From the NCBI GenBank assembly GCA_030390025.1, contig CM059432.1, positions 97,466,001 through 97,530,000 on the forward strand: 64,000 nucleotides of DNA. Reading direction: 5' to 3'. This DNA comes from Squalus acanthias. Its lineage: Eukaryota. The position numbers were made by a program, and so were the translations under genes. Below the pieces are notes generated by a model that saw only the letters and a program-made list of their open reading frames with translations, was not told where the DNA came from and ran no database searches. This document shows, piece by piece, positions 1 to 12,709 of this stretch (the first letter of the stretch is position 1; every line of letters begins with the position of its first letter).

Positions 1-107
1 CACTTCCGGGGCAGACTAAGTACGTACCTGTCATGTACCATATTCGGCTCTGCAGTGCCCTTTTTTCAGCCAAAAAGGTGGGTGTTGCACTGTTGAATTT
101 CTAGCCC
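1..107. mobile_element. Right end of a PIF/Harbinger-type element cut by the window edge
   Basis: Ends GAATTTCTAGCCC followed by TAA, the same terminus as at 9114-9126. Confidence 0.5.
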
Positions 108-1402
108 TAAAAGTTTTGGTTTAATCTTCTCTGTAATATTACCCCTGTTGTTAAATTAGACAATAGTACTTTCATTTTTTTTCACTTTGTTATGTTTATA
201 ATAAGTCAAAAGATCAAAACTAAATACAAAATGTGCATAGTAAAGGAAATAAAATGCCTTAAAACAATTGACTTATGAATTGAAGGGTTTATAGCTATGA
301 ACAGTAAAAGTGCTTCTCCATAGTATCTTGCTTTAACCAACAAGAGAAATACAAGCTATACGTACCACAAACTAGATTTACTGATGTCCCACAGTACCGT
401 TTATCCTTTGGGTCATTATTAACAAGCATAATATTATAGACAAAACAAAACTGGATTAACAAGTCCTGCATTATTAAATAGTAGTAAATACTATTCCAGT
501 TAATTGTGTCAAATTAGAATCATAGGGGGAAAAATTCGGTACCTTAGCACCTCCCGTTAGCGGCAGCAGATGGTGCTAACGGGGTGCGAGAGCATTATCG
601 CTGGGGCAAGGCGAATCCAACGGCACATGCCAAATCCCGCACCCCACGCAGCGCCGCTGCTAATAGTTATTGCCGGGAGCCTAAACACGAGGTGGATCAT
701 GATGTCAGTGAGTGTGCAATGCTCACTGACCGCCCGATCTGCAAAATTGATTTTCGCCTCCTACCTTAGCGCCTGGAGTAAACAGCGACAGGGAGAGTTG
801 GCATGAAGCACCAGGAAGCCAGCTCCAGGGACGTTATTTAAAGGGATCATCAGTAATGAGTCACAGCTGTAGGTTAGTGGAATTTAAGGGGGAAAAATTC
901 AGTTGGTTGCGCCTCCCGTTAGCGCCTTAAGAGGGCGCTAATGGGGCGCAAAGCCGCAAGCGCCCGGGTGCAGCGATGTTTGCGCCGCTCGGGAACTTAA
1001 CTAGACATTGTGCGGCGGCGCTAAACTTTACCGCTGCGACCACCTGCGCGCGCAAATTGTGACGTCATTCCATGGTGCAACGCCCTTGTGGCGCCCCGGA
1101 GCGGAAATTGAGTGGCGCCCCCTGCCTTACCGCCTGGCGCATCCAACGACCGGAAGACTGGAACGCTATCAATCGCTGTGGGGCTGGGGGGGGGGGGCGC
1201 TATTTAAAGGGGGCCTCTTCCTGTCTTTTTCTGTGGTTGACATTTTTGCACCACTCGTTCTGAGAGAGAGAGAGAGATTCGGACAGAGAGAAAGAGAGAC
1301 TTCTGCATTGAGTCAACGCTTTGTGAGGTAGTTTTGCCTACTGATCCTAACTTCGCTGCTACTTTGGTTGCTGTCCTTCATAACTTTGCTTGCAAAGAGA
1401 CT

Positions 1403-2563
1403 ATGGGGGCTGCACTGATTGGGGGCGTCGTCCTGCTCCAGCTGAATCGGAGGACACAGAGACGCAGAGAGAGAGTGGCAATGATGGCCAGACGGAGGAG
1501 GGCCAACAGGCGTATGTACAGGAGAGCTTACCCTCCCAGGGTATATCGTGAACAGCTCTCCTACATTCATTTGTCTGAGGAGCTGTGTTTGCGAAGGCTG
1601 CGATTCAGCAAGGAGGTGGTCACTGAGCTCTGCCACCTGCTGCAGCCAGATCTGCAGCCTCAACTGAGGTCCAGGACGTCTCTGTCGGTGGCAGTGAAGG
1701 TCACACTGGCTCTCAACTTCTATGCTACTGGCTCATTTCAAGCTGCTGCTGGGGACCTCGCCAATATCTCCCAGTTCGCGGTGCATTGCTGCATCCGGCA
1801 GGTCACAATTGCCCTCTTTAAAAGGAGACGAGAGTTCATCTCTTTCCCCATGACCCCAGACAAGCAGCGTGACCGCGCTCTGGGCTTTGCGAGGATAGCG
1901 GGCTTCCCCATGGTGCAGGGCGCCATTGACTGCACGCATGTGGCTTTGCGTGCTCCACATGAGAATGCCAAGGATTTCCAGAACAGAAAGGGGTTCCATT
2001 CCTTGAATGTTCAGTTGGTCTGTGACCACAGACAGCTGATACTCGCTGTCAATGCCCACTATCCTGGCAGCTGCCACGATGCTTTCATCCTGCGCCAGAC
2101 TACTGTGGCAGAACTTTTCAAGGCACCGCATCAGCCAGTTGGTTGGCTTCTCGGGGACAAGGGGTATCCATTGAGCACCTGGCTGATGACACCGCTCCGT
2201 ACGCCCAACACCCCTGCTGAGCTGCGGTACAACGAGAGCCATCAAGCTACCAGGAACATCATTGAGCGCACAATCGGCGTGCTGAAGCAACGGTTCCGCT
2301 GTCTCGACCATTCTGGAGGAGCCCTGCAGTACTCGCCTGAGTAAGTATCCAACTTCGTAGTTGTGTGCTGCATGTTGCATAACATGGCAATCGTCAGGAC
2401 CCAGCCAATGCCACCAGGCCTTGGAGCACCACCAGAGGAGGAGGAGGAAGAGGAGGAAGAGGACGAGGAGGATGATCATCAGCAGCACCAAGGCGGGAGG
2501 GCAGCCCACAATGGTGAAACTGCAAGGGCCGTCCGTCAACGGCTGATAGCAAGCCGCTTCTAG
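1403..2563 (+). pseudogene. Harbinger (HARBI1-like) DDE transposase, intact except one in-frame TAA at 2342-2344
   Basis: Motifs GAIDCTH, GSCHDAFIL, LLGDKGY, IERTIGVLKQRFRCL; same frame continues after the stop as VVVCCMLHN, acidic tract, RQRLIASRF. Confidence 0.93.
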
Positions 2564-5500
2564 GGCCCCTGCTGTGGAAATGGCTTCTGCCATTGCTAAC
2601 AACATCAATGAACCCAGCACGCAACCCCTAAGCCGGCCAAGGCACCAATAATTCCAAACACCAAACATGTATATTTTGAATACAAAAACTTATTTATTTT
2701 ACAAACTCTGTGTGTGTCATTTCCTCATGACAAACTCATAGAAATAAACACAAAAAAACAGTCATTAACATAACTGGTTCTCACAACCTGGAGATAATGT
2801 CCAAAACACTAGACAAAAGTTGGACCACGAACCTCGGCCTTTAATAAAAAAATGACCAGCATTTTGTCACACCTCCTACTTTTTTCCCTTCGAGGGTGAT
2901 CTCCTTCCCTTGCGCACTTCCCCCCTTCTAACCCTACTGCTCCTCCGTAATGGGACCTCAGTGGCTGCAGCAAGGCTGGTGGAAGGCTGCTGCTTGTCAG
3001 ACCCTGACACTGCAGATGCCCCTGAAGGACGGCCTCGACCAGTTCTGGGCCTGGAGGTCCCGGCTGCAGACTGCACCAACTCTGCATGGGCGGCAGCAGT
3101 CTGTCCTACAGGCGGTGGCAAGTGCAGTGGAGAAGTGACAGTGTTGGCAGCAGGAATGCTGTCATCATGAGAGAGGACAGCAACTCCCTGCTCGACCGAC
3201 ACACTGGCACTCCCAAGGGGCAGCACTTCAGCATACGGAGCAATCTGCTGGAGCACAGATTGCTGGCCTGCTGCGGCGCGGTGAGAGCCCCGGGGACATG
3301 TGAACGAACCATCGAGGTTGGCAGCAGTCAGTGCTCGCGTGGCCTCAATCTGAGTCTGCATGAGAGCAGTCAGAGATGGGATCACGGCAGTCAGTGACTG
3401 AATTGCAGCACTAAGCTTTAGTGTGGCATCCGCCTGTGCTACAGCGAAGTGCTCCACACTCCTTGCCAGTGACTCAATGCATTCGGGCACCCTTCCCACT
3501 GCACCCATGAGCTCAGTGTGCATGCCCACCGCCTGGGTGTTCATTTCTGCGATCAGCCGCTCCTCCTCTGCGTCCATTGCAGTAGGAGTCGCTGGCATAC
3601 TCTCCCTCTGGGGAGAAGGCCCCCGTTCTTCCCTACCCCCATGGCGTTGCTGCAGCCCGCTGGGTCCTGGAGCTTCACCCTCATCAGACCCTTCCCCCCT
3701 GCTCCCCTCCAGGGAAGGCGTGTTCCCAGTGTGGGCATGGGCTTCCTCGGGAGAGGGTGGCACTGATGCTCCGGCTTCCTCTTCCTCCTCGGCTGCAGCT
3801 TCACTCCCACTGGCAGCTTCAGGGCCCGTCTCCTCAGCTGGTGAATCACCATCTGAAAGCAGGGAGGTACAAGAGTGGCTTTAGCGTGAGGACAGGTTGG
3901 CAGTAAGGGAGGAATAAGTGCAGCGAGTTAGCAAGTTGGATTGAAAGTGTCAAAGGCTGGTGTTGTGAGGGACAAGTGGAAGGACAGAGGACAAAAAGGT
4001 GATGACCTTACCATTGCTGTCCAGAACGGGGTCGACTCACCCTGTGCAGATCCCACTACTATACTAGCCTCTAAAGAACGCGTAGTGCCAGTATCTGAGC
4101 TGGTTCCTGCGGGTGAGACATGCAGTGACGCGGTGTGTTCTTCCTCCTCCTCGTCTCCTGCCTCGCTCTCTACAGTGCCCTCAGGGATAGGCTGCTCAGG
4201 TGCTTGCTCATTATCGGAAAGCATAAAGGCACAAGAGTCGGGTTAAGGTGAGGTGAGTGGAGGAGGGCAGGAAGGGAGAAAGGCATGCATACAGCATGAT
4301 TAGCTGGAAAGTGTGAAATGCTTGTGGGGTGAGGGGGAAGTGGGATGTGAGAAGAAGGAGTAGGGATGAACATACCACTGTTGTCCCCAAGGGGTTTAAC
4401 GTCACCGGTGGCCATGGCGCCCACCACCTGGCGCCCAATAATCTGCAGCACTCGATTCACCAGCACAGAGAGTGGTTGAGTGTCGGCTTGTCCCCCACCT
4501 GTTCATTCCTGCTCCCTCCTGTTGTGAGCCACCTTGGCCTGCAAGAGAAAGGAAAGTGTGTGAGTGAGTGTAGAGCAATGTGATTAGGTGATGTGCCTGC
4601 CATAGTTGAATAGCTGTCATTGTGTGCAAGGTGTGAGATGTGGGTGTGAGTGTTGGTAGAGATTTTGGGTGGGTGAGTGCTGAGGATGTGGTGTATTGGG
4701 CAGTGTGCGAAGACTGTGGTTCGTGCTAAATGGGATAGATTCAGAACAGATCTCGCAGCTCAAAACTGGGCATCTATGAGGCACTGTAGGCCATCAGCAG
4801 CAGCACAATTGTATTCCAGCACAATCTGTAACCCCATGGCACGGCATATCCTTCACTCTACCATTACCACCAAGCCAGGGGACCAAACCTGGTTCAATAA
4901 GGAGTGTAGAAGAGCATGCCAGGAGCAGCACCAGGCGTACCTAAAAATGAGGTGCCAACCTGGGGAAGCTGCAACACAGGACTACATGCATGCTAAAAAG
5001 TGGAAGCAGCATGCTATAGACAGGGCTAAGCAATCCCACAATTAACGGATCAGATCAAAACTCTGCAGTCCTGCCACATCCAGTCGTGAATGGTGGTGGA
5101 CCATTAAACAACTAACGGGAGGAGGAGGCTCCATCAATATCCCCATCCTCAATGATAGTGGAGCCCAATACGCGAGTGCAAAAGACAAGGCTGAAGCGTT
5201 AGCAGCTATCTTCAGCCAGAAGGGCCGAGTGGATGATCCATATCGGCTTACTCCTGAGGTCCCCACCATCACAGAAGCCAGTCTTCAGCCAATTCGATTC
5301 ACTCCATGTGATATCAAGAAACGGCTGAGCACACTGGATACAGCAAAGGCTATGGGCCCCGACAACATCCCAGTTATCGTGCTGAAGACTTGTGCTCCAG
5401 AACTAGCCGCGCCTCTAGCCAAGCTGTTCCAGTACAGCTACAACACTGGCATCTATCCGACAATGTGGAAAACTGCCCAGGTATGTCCTGTCCACAAAAA

Positions 5501-6043
5501 GCAGAACAAATCTAATCTGGCCAATTACCGCCCCATCACTCTACTCTCAATCATCAGCAAAGAGATGGAAGGTGTCATCGACAGTGCTATCAAGCGGCAC
5601 TTACTCACCAAGACCACTCGGCTCCCGACCTCATTACAGCCTTGGTCCAAACATGAACAAAGGAGCTGAATTCCAGAGGTGAGGTGAGAGTGACTGCCCT
5701 TGACATCAAGGCAGCATTTGACCGAGTATGCCATCAAGGAGCCTTAGTAAAACTGAAGTCAATGGTAATCAGGGGGAAAACTCTCCACTAGCAGGAGTCA
5801 TACCTATCACATAGGAAGATGGTTGTGGTGGTTGAAGGTCAATCATCACTGCCCCAGGACATCGCTGCAGGAGTTCCTCAGGGCAGTGTCCTAGCCCCAA
5901 ACATCTTCAGCTGCTTCATCAATGACCTTCTGAAAGGATTCGCAAAATTTCATGTGTTCCCCCCCTGAAGATTTTTTTTGTTGGACTTATTAATAAGGAA
6001 CCCTGGTCTGACTGACTGAGGACATTCAGCCTCGGATCTGCGG

Positions 6044-6605
6044 GTAAGCGTTCTCCAAGGCAACCTTAGAAACACACGACAACGCAAAATCATCGAGCAG
6101 AAACTGATAGCCAAGTTCCGCACTCATGAGGACGGTCTCAGTCGGGATCTTGGGTTTATGTCACGATACATGACGTGATCCGGACTCGAGTCGTCGTTAG
6201 CTTGTTCACAGATGTGATTCCCAGTAAAAAAGTAAACATTTTCCCAGTAAAAAAGTAAATTTTTTTTAAAGCTTTTCGTTTTACATACAGACGGCAGCTT
6301 TTGACACGTTAGAACCCCTGCGACTACACCTCATTGTCTCAGTTGTATCTTGCTATGTCTTTGATGTGGTACCTTCCTGGCTGACTTAATTAACTTTATC
6401 ACACCTCGGCAGATAGTCAGGATGATTTAATTTATTGGTCTGCAATTGTAAAGTACACATGCTTTGTTTTCTATCTATATATGCTTTGGCGATTCTGTAT
6501 CTAATTTACTTCACCTGAGGAAGGAGCAATCGATAGCTCCGAAAGCTTGTGATTTCAAATAAAACTGTTGGACTATAACCTGGTGTTGTGCGACCTCTCA
6601 ATTTT
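6044..6605 (+). mobile_element. Penelope-like element 3' fragment (GIY-YIG C-terminus plus pLTR) inside the solo LTR
   Basis: Translates VLQGNLRNTRQRKIIEQKLIAKFRTHEDGLSRDLGFM; pLTR with hammerhead core and AATAAA...GTTGGACTATAACCTGGTGTTGTG. Confidence 0.8.
6511..6552 (+). ncRNA. Minimal type I hammerhead ribozyme motif (Penelope pLTR)
   Basis: TCAC-CTGAGGA-AGGAGC(aatcgata)GCTCC-GAAA-GC-TT-GTGA: CUGANGA and GAAA core, stems I and II, palindromic AAGCTT in place of stem III. Confidence 0.75.
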
Positions 6606-9600
6606 GAGTTTTAAAATCCAGGGCATAAAATGGCCACGGCCAGACCTTGTGACCAAGAGCTTTTCAGATGCTGGGAAGCTATCAGCTTGTGTATTCCGAT
6701 GTCTGCAACAGGAAGTTCATGAAACCAGACGGGACCTTCCCTTATGCATTACAATCAGGTCTATGCATAAGGCTTTCAAGGTGTTTGCTCAAATAATCAG
6801 CGGGGACATTGAGACGGGGCTGGCTCCATCAACGAAACTGTTCTGGACAATCATCCAACCTGTCGAACAATAGGGGAGCAGTTGAAGAACTGGTATACTG
6901 GCCATCTAACATGATGGGCCGAGACCAGTACCTTTTGTTAAAATTCATTATGCCCAGATCAGACAATAGAAATGAACTGATCGGAAGGGAGATTAGGGCG
7001 ACCGGGAGGGGTATAACTGGGAAGACCCAGCCATTCTCTCGCTCTCTCTGCCTGGACCCCGGTTCGCTCTGTCTGCTGGCCAGCAGCCCAGAAAGAAGAC
7101 TGCCAGAAACTTCGCAGCCACATGTTGACGGCAGAAACAGAGCACAGGGCCAGGTTTTTCCATCCATTTCAACGGTGAGCATTATCTTCTTCTGGCTGTC
7201 GCAAGACAATTCTAGTTAGGCATAAGGGTGGGAAATAATGGGGATATTGCTATAATTGTAATTTTAGGATTTTCCATCGATGTGTCCGTTCTCTTCCCAT
7301 GCTAAGTGTAAAACCGTCTTCATATGATACTGTTTCTCTGTAGTTTTACTTCTGTAAATAAACATTGGTTTTCCTCGCACCAATCCACGGGTCTGTTCGT
7401 TTGTCTTTATCGCCGCTCGATAAGTCCTGGGCTCAGAACTAATAAGGGGATAGCGATTCGTAACCGCACAGCGGGCAGGACAGTCCAGGAGAACATAACT
7501 GGCTGACCTACAAATAAGCCCGAGACAAAAACCCCTTACACTTCCCTCCAACATAAGATCAGAAATGGGGATGTTCGCTGATGACTGCACAGTGCTCAGT
7601 GCAATTCACAACTCCTCAGATAATGAAACAGTCCATACCCGCATGTAACAAGACCTGGACGACGTTCAGGCTTGGGCTGATAAGTGGCAGGTAACATTCG
7701 CACCACAGAAGTGCCAGGCAATGACTATCTCCAACAAGCGAGAGTCTAACCACCGCCCCTTGACATTCAATGGCATTGCCATTGCCGAATCCCCCACCAT
7801 CAACATCCTGGGGGTCACTATTGACCAGAAACTTAACTGGACCAACCACATAAATACTGTGGCAACAAGAGCAGGTCGGAGGCTAGGTATTCTGCGGCGA
7901 GTGTCTCACCTCTTGACTCCCCAAAGCCTTTCCACCATCTACAAGGCACAAGTAAGGAGTGTGATGGAGTACTCTCCACTTGCCTGGATCAATGCAGCTC
8001 CAACAACACTCAAGAAGTTTGACACCATCCAGGACAAAGCAGCCCACTTGATTGGCACCCCATCCACCACCTTAAACATTCACTCCCTCCACCACCAGCG
8101 TAGCATGGCTACAGTGTGTTCCATCTACAAGATGCACTGCAGCAACTCGCCAAGGCTTCTTCGGCAGCACCTCCCAAACCCGCGACCTCTTCCACCTAGA
8201 AGGACAACGGCAGCAGGCGCATGGGAACACCACCACCTCCAAGTTCCCCTCCAAGTCACACAACATCCTGACTTAGAAGTATATTGCCGATCCTTCATCG
8301 TCGCTGGGTCAAAATCCTGGAACTCCCTACCTAACAGCACTGTGGGAGTACCTTCACCACACAGACTGCAGCAGTTCAAGAAGGCAGCTCACCACCACCT
8401 TCTCAAGGGCAATTAGGGATGGGCAATAAATGCTGTCTTTGCCAGCGATGCCCACATCCCATAAACTAATTAAAAAAATAAAAAAGATGGTGCTATGTAG
8501 CATTTGTTGACGTATTCACTCACACTGACCACTCAAGTGAGGTCATTAAATTTCTTCCTGCACTTTCTGTGGGTCCTGGGGACCACAGTGCTACCCGAGA
8601 TGTGCTGCGCTACCTCCTTCCACATGGTGCGGAAGACTTGTGGTGAGGACCTGCTGCCACTTGATGGGTAGAGCATCACCCACAGAGTCTCTGCACAGCG
8701 AACACAAATGCCTCCAATGCTTGATTGCAGAATCTGCAGGCTCTCTCCCTGGGGCATGGATCTGCCATGATTGCAACTGTTTCAGTCCGTCGGCTGCTTC
8801 TCCTTGTCCTGCTGCTGCTTGCTGAGGCAGCTGCACAGCCAGCAATGCTGAGAATGAGGTTCTGCAGCATCAATGAACCTCCCCATTAAGTACTGAAGAA
8901 AGCCTGTGGCAATCATGACTTGCGATTAGACTGCACTTGATATTGGTCCACCCTTTGAGTATAACGCCAAGAGCTTAGGCTTTAAGACTTGATTTAGGAC
9001 TTCAATCATTTTTTTGAGCAGTGAGCAGTAATTTCGCGTGCAGTCTAAAGCATTAGTGCCTGGCGCTAATTCTCCAACTTTTCTAATGACACCACCCATT
9101 CCTGGGCTATAATGAATTTCTAGCCCTAGCCTTTTTTGCTAGAGTACTGCAATCAGTGACAGGCAGAAGTATCTACAGCTGTAGAAATATCAGGCCAGCC
9201 TTAGGTAAATCTACAGTGAGGTGTTTGGGGAATCATGATTCTTTGGGCAGATTGTCCCCTTTTTTCTTTTGTGCTTGGGCATAAATAATTGCCTGGGCAG
9301 CACACAGATGGAAATCAGGCAGTGAGGATTACCCATAATAGAGATTGCCTGATTTTACACTATGCTCCAAGCAATGTGGTTTCATCCCTCTTCCCAAAGT
9401 GCACACTGATTTCTAAATCCCCCTCCTCCTCCATACTCCATACACCTCCTCACTCTCCTCCAATAAAAGATCGCCCATGAATTTTGGGACCCGTTTCTTC
9501 ATTTTCCTCTCCTCATTTGAGTTTGACCAATTTCTTTATTGCCTGCTTCTGAAAGAGTTCTTTGTAAATGTGATAAATAGTTTTTGGCATAGTGGAAAAC

Positions 9601-9849
9601 AAATGATGCAATGTGTATCCTCGAGTGCAGCAGACCATGAACAAAGCACTGCTACTGGAGGAAATCCTTAATCATATCTCTTTCCTTATGGGGTCAATCT
9701 TACCAGTTTGTGTTGTCAGCGGGGAACCTCTCCCATTGTCTGTATTATAGAAATTTGGGCACTTGCCCGAACAGTAAGGCTCCCAACTGACAAAGTAAAA
9801 TGTAAAATTGTCCATGTAAATTAACTTTGATCTTCTTTCATCGCTTCCA

Positions 9850-11099
9850 GTTTTGTTTTTATTGGTAATATTCTTAAATAAAGAATCTCAAAGATGAGGA
9901 ACAACGTGAACATATTTTGCAATTTTCCACCATTTTTAGACTAGCAAACTCTTGCCAGTGTCAGTAATTTACTGCGTGTGTGAAGAATTCATAGCTCATT
10001 AGTGTGTGAGCATGAGTTGATGATGGTAATGTTTCACAGAAGTGAGAGGATGCCTCTCCTTAAATGTCACACATAAATTATTCAGCAAGTGCTTCTTTGA
10101 GATTTATAAACACACAAAATAGAAACAATCATTTCCATTGTTTCCATGCCAGTATATTCTAATTATCCACAGTTTTCAGTTGTTTTCTTCCTTTTCTTTT
10201 TTTGCATCAGTCATTCAATTTACCCCCATTAAATTAACGGCATTATATCTAAGCACAAGGGAAATCATTTACAGTCATCCATTTATCACAATGTAAGTTT
10301 AAAGAAAAATACAAGTTCTAAACAAATTCACAATAAAATGGCGACTTGAACTAAATGGATAACTCTATATTATGTGAAAGCAAATGCAAACAGGTGTAAA
10401 TGAGTAACTGTAAATACATCACATTCAATTACAGAAAATCAGGTCGAAAATCTTTATGCCAATTTCCGTGTGCATAACTGACGGCGCACATCTAGCATAT
10501 GACTGAACTGGGAGGCCCAAGGTTCGACAGAAGTTGGACATCGGGCCTCAATTTAATAATAGCGGCAAGCTGGCAGTGCCTGTTATACTTCCAGAGGCAA
10601 CCTGCCGCATCGGCGGGATCCAATTTGGGTCAGCTGTCTCCCTAGCAACGGCCTGCAGGTAAGTCCGGGGGTGGAGTCAAATGGCAGTGGGACGAGTCGG
10701 CAACAAGGTGCTCCTCTTAGCTATACACCACTGAGTTAAGTATAAAAGACTTACCTGACGGTTTCTTCAGCAGCCTCTTTAAGGACCTCTGGTTAGGTTA
10801 TTGTAGATTCTGAAGGAATTTAACAAATGGGGTCCAAAACAGGTGCAGGGCCCTTATTTCAATATTATAATGAGCCTGTTTTGTTTTTATTGGTGATATT
10901 CTTAAATAAAGAGTCTCAAATATGAGGAACAATGTGAACATATTTTGCAATTTTCCACCATTTTTAGACTAGCAAACTCTTCCCAGTGTCAGTAATTTAC
11001 TGCATGTGTGAAGAAGTCATAGCTCATTAGTGTGTGAGCATGAGTTGATGATGGTAATGTTTCACAGAAGTGAGAGGATGCATCTCCTTAAATGTCACA
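9850..11099 (+). repeat. Direct duplication of ~222 bp (9850-10071 and 10878-11099)
   Basis: Near-identical blocks GTTTTGTTTTTATTGG...CCTTAAATGTCACA. Confidence 0.9.
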
Positions 11100-11442
11100 A
11101 TGCTCTGTGAAGCTGTCAAAAACTGACATTCTCTGTAGTTTGATGAGTTCTTGAATTCAAGACTCATCAAACCTCTTTCTTTAGCAGAAATTAGATGGTT
11201 GTTGCATTGGAGAATGCAGCAGCCATCTGTCATCTCTGCCGGTGAGTTGTGAGAGTCTCTGCATCCCCAACTCTTGAAGCCTGCAGGAAGAGACAAATGC
11301 AAGTAAACTTTTACTAACACTTTCCACTTACCTCACATACTCACCTCTCCACACTTGCACCCATCACTTACCTTCACAGTGCACTTTTGCACCCCGCAGA
11401 CACACTGCTCGCCTCGGTGACCCTGGCGGGGTTCGCAGCCTT

Positions 11443-11705
11443 TGGGAAGCCCGCACTTGTGTGGGTAAAATGGGGATAATCCTCTTATCTGCCTGTTAAC
11501 TACCTGTTAACAGGAAGTTAAGTGGCTGTAATCCCCTTCCCGCCTCCAAGGAGACGGGACCCAGCGCGGGTCGGCTATCCACCTCCTGGCAAGATGGCAC
11601 GGAGGCGGGTTGGGGGCGGGATGGGCACCCGTCCCCAGATTCTGCTATTTTCCCAGCAGTCCCGCCTCTATACCCGCCTCCCCAGGGCTGGCAAGATCGC
11701 GCCCA
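11443..11705. mobile_element. Harbinger-type MITE end related to ~20975-21223
   Basis: Shared GGGAAGCCCGCA and GTTAACTACCTGTTAACA blocks; ends GGCAAGATCGCGCCC. Confidence 0.5.
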
Positions 11706-12709
11706 ATGTCTTTTCACTTTTCCTTGCCCATGTAAAACAAGCATCTCACCAAAATCTGAAGTTTGAGAGAAATATTTGGTTGATTGGGGAAAATAAAAAG
11801 AAAGACTAAAACCAGAAAAATAAAGTTTAGGTCACTGCAGTTTTGCATACAAATATAAACAGTTCAATAAAAATGAATGCAATTTGACGCTGATGATTTA
11901 ATGTTAATGGGCCAGAATTTACAATTAAAATCTGAAGGAATGAGACACCATACTGGTAAAAGTTAATTTTCAGTGCCAGAGAGGTTGTTTGGTAACAATT
12001 AAGACTTATAAAAAGCTGTTAAAAAGGTTAATTAGACTGAAATGGAGAAGCCCTAACTTTCTGTGGCGAGTTTAGTCTGTATCTGCCATGCAAGGACAGA
12101 AACTTCACATCGTTCAATACATTTGAAAGGGAAGCCAGACAGCGAGATGTCGTTTTTGCAGTTTACGGAGGAGCGATGAATCTCAGGCAGCAACTTCCAG
12201 ATTTTCATAGACATTCTATTCGAACAAAATGTTTAAATTTAGAATTCCCGAATGCTGCACAGAACTACTAAGTAATAATTTACATGTCTGCAATGTCACT
12301 TTAATTCTTCCCTTGAATGAAATGTCACTCCAGTTGGCCACTGCTTCAGTCCCACAGAATTGCATTTGATAATTATAAATTTTATGCGATTTACCATCAA
12401 GTCATAAATGGTAGTCCAAGCATTAAAGCTTCTTTTGAAGGTATTAATGCCAGCTCATATATTTAACACAGCAGCTAATGTTTTACATCAATTGATAAAA
12501 GAATAAAGAATAGAACCAAATATTGGAAGGGTCTGGTTGCAGATTCAATTAGTACAAGTCTTTCTATACATTTAATATTGTAAAATGGTGCGCTCTACTA
12601 GCATTTCTTGGACTAGATATTTTTACAGATACAATTTACTATTCTTGAAAAAAAACTGACAATATTTGCAATATAAAATCTGTCTGAACTTTATTCTGAA
12701 ATATGCAGA

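Larger units (their letters stand above)
5931..7540 (+). mobile_element. Solo LTR inserted in the LINE RT
   Basis: TGAAAGG...CCCCTTACA termini; CTTC TSD (5927-5930, 7541-7544); LINE text GACCTTC/CCTCC rejoins across it; AATAAA near 7357. Confidence 0.85.
4722..8485 (+). mobile_element. 5'-truncated non-LTR retrotransposon (CR1/L2/Jockey group, clade uncertain) in intron 1 of the Myb gene
   Basis: KAMGPDNIP, NYRPITLLS, GVPQGSVL, MFADDCT, LGVTIDQKLNW; A-rich tail ~8465-8485; RT split by a solo LTR. Confidence 0.9.
2876..8768 (-). pseudogene. Harbinger Myb/SANT-like second gene, multi-exon, disrupted and chimeric
   Basis: Exon 1 ~8768-8525 (MWKEVAQHISG...CRKKFNDLT then GTGAGT); exon 2 ~4538-4375 (AKVAHNRREQ); further coding pieces ~4215-4012 and 3852-2876 homologous to the other Myb copies in the window. 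Confidence 0.8.
525..9126. mobile_element. Composite PIF/Harbinger transposon locus (two interleaved copies) with nested LINE, solo LTR and Penelope
   Basis: TIR-like GGGGGAAAAATTC at 525 and again at 888 (after TAA); GAATTTCTAGCCC end at 9126; convergent transposase and Myb genes. Outer TSD is not clean. Confidence 0.7.

Noticed and set aside
1334..2563. Domesticated host HARBI1 gene
   Set aside because: Flanked by TIR sequence, paired with a Myb gene, has a nonsense codon and several paralogues in the window
1733..2668. 311-aa antisense ORF with a hydrophobic stretch
   Set aside because: Shadow of the transposase; the Leu run is the reverse of the GAG tract
9360..9560. Possible terminal host exon on the minus strand (CTCTTTCAG acceptor)
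   Set aside because: All frames stop within about 16 codons; no other support
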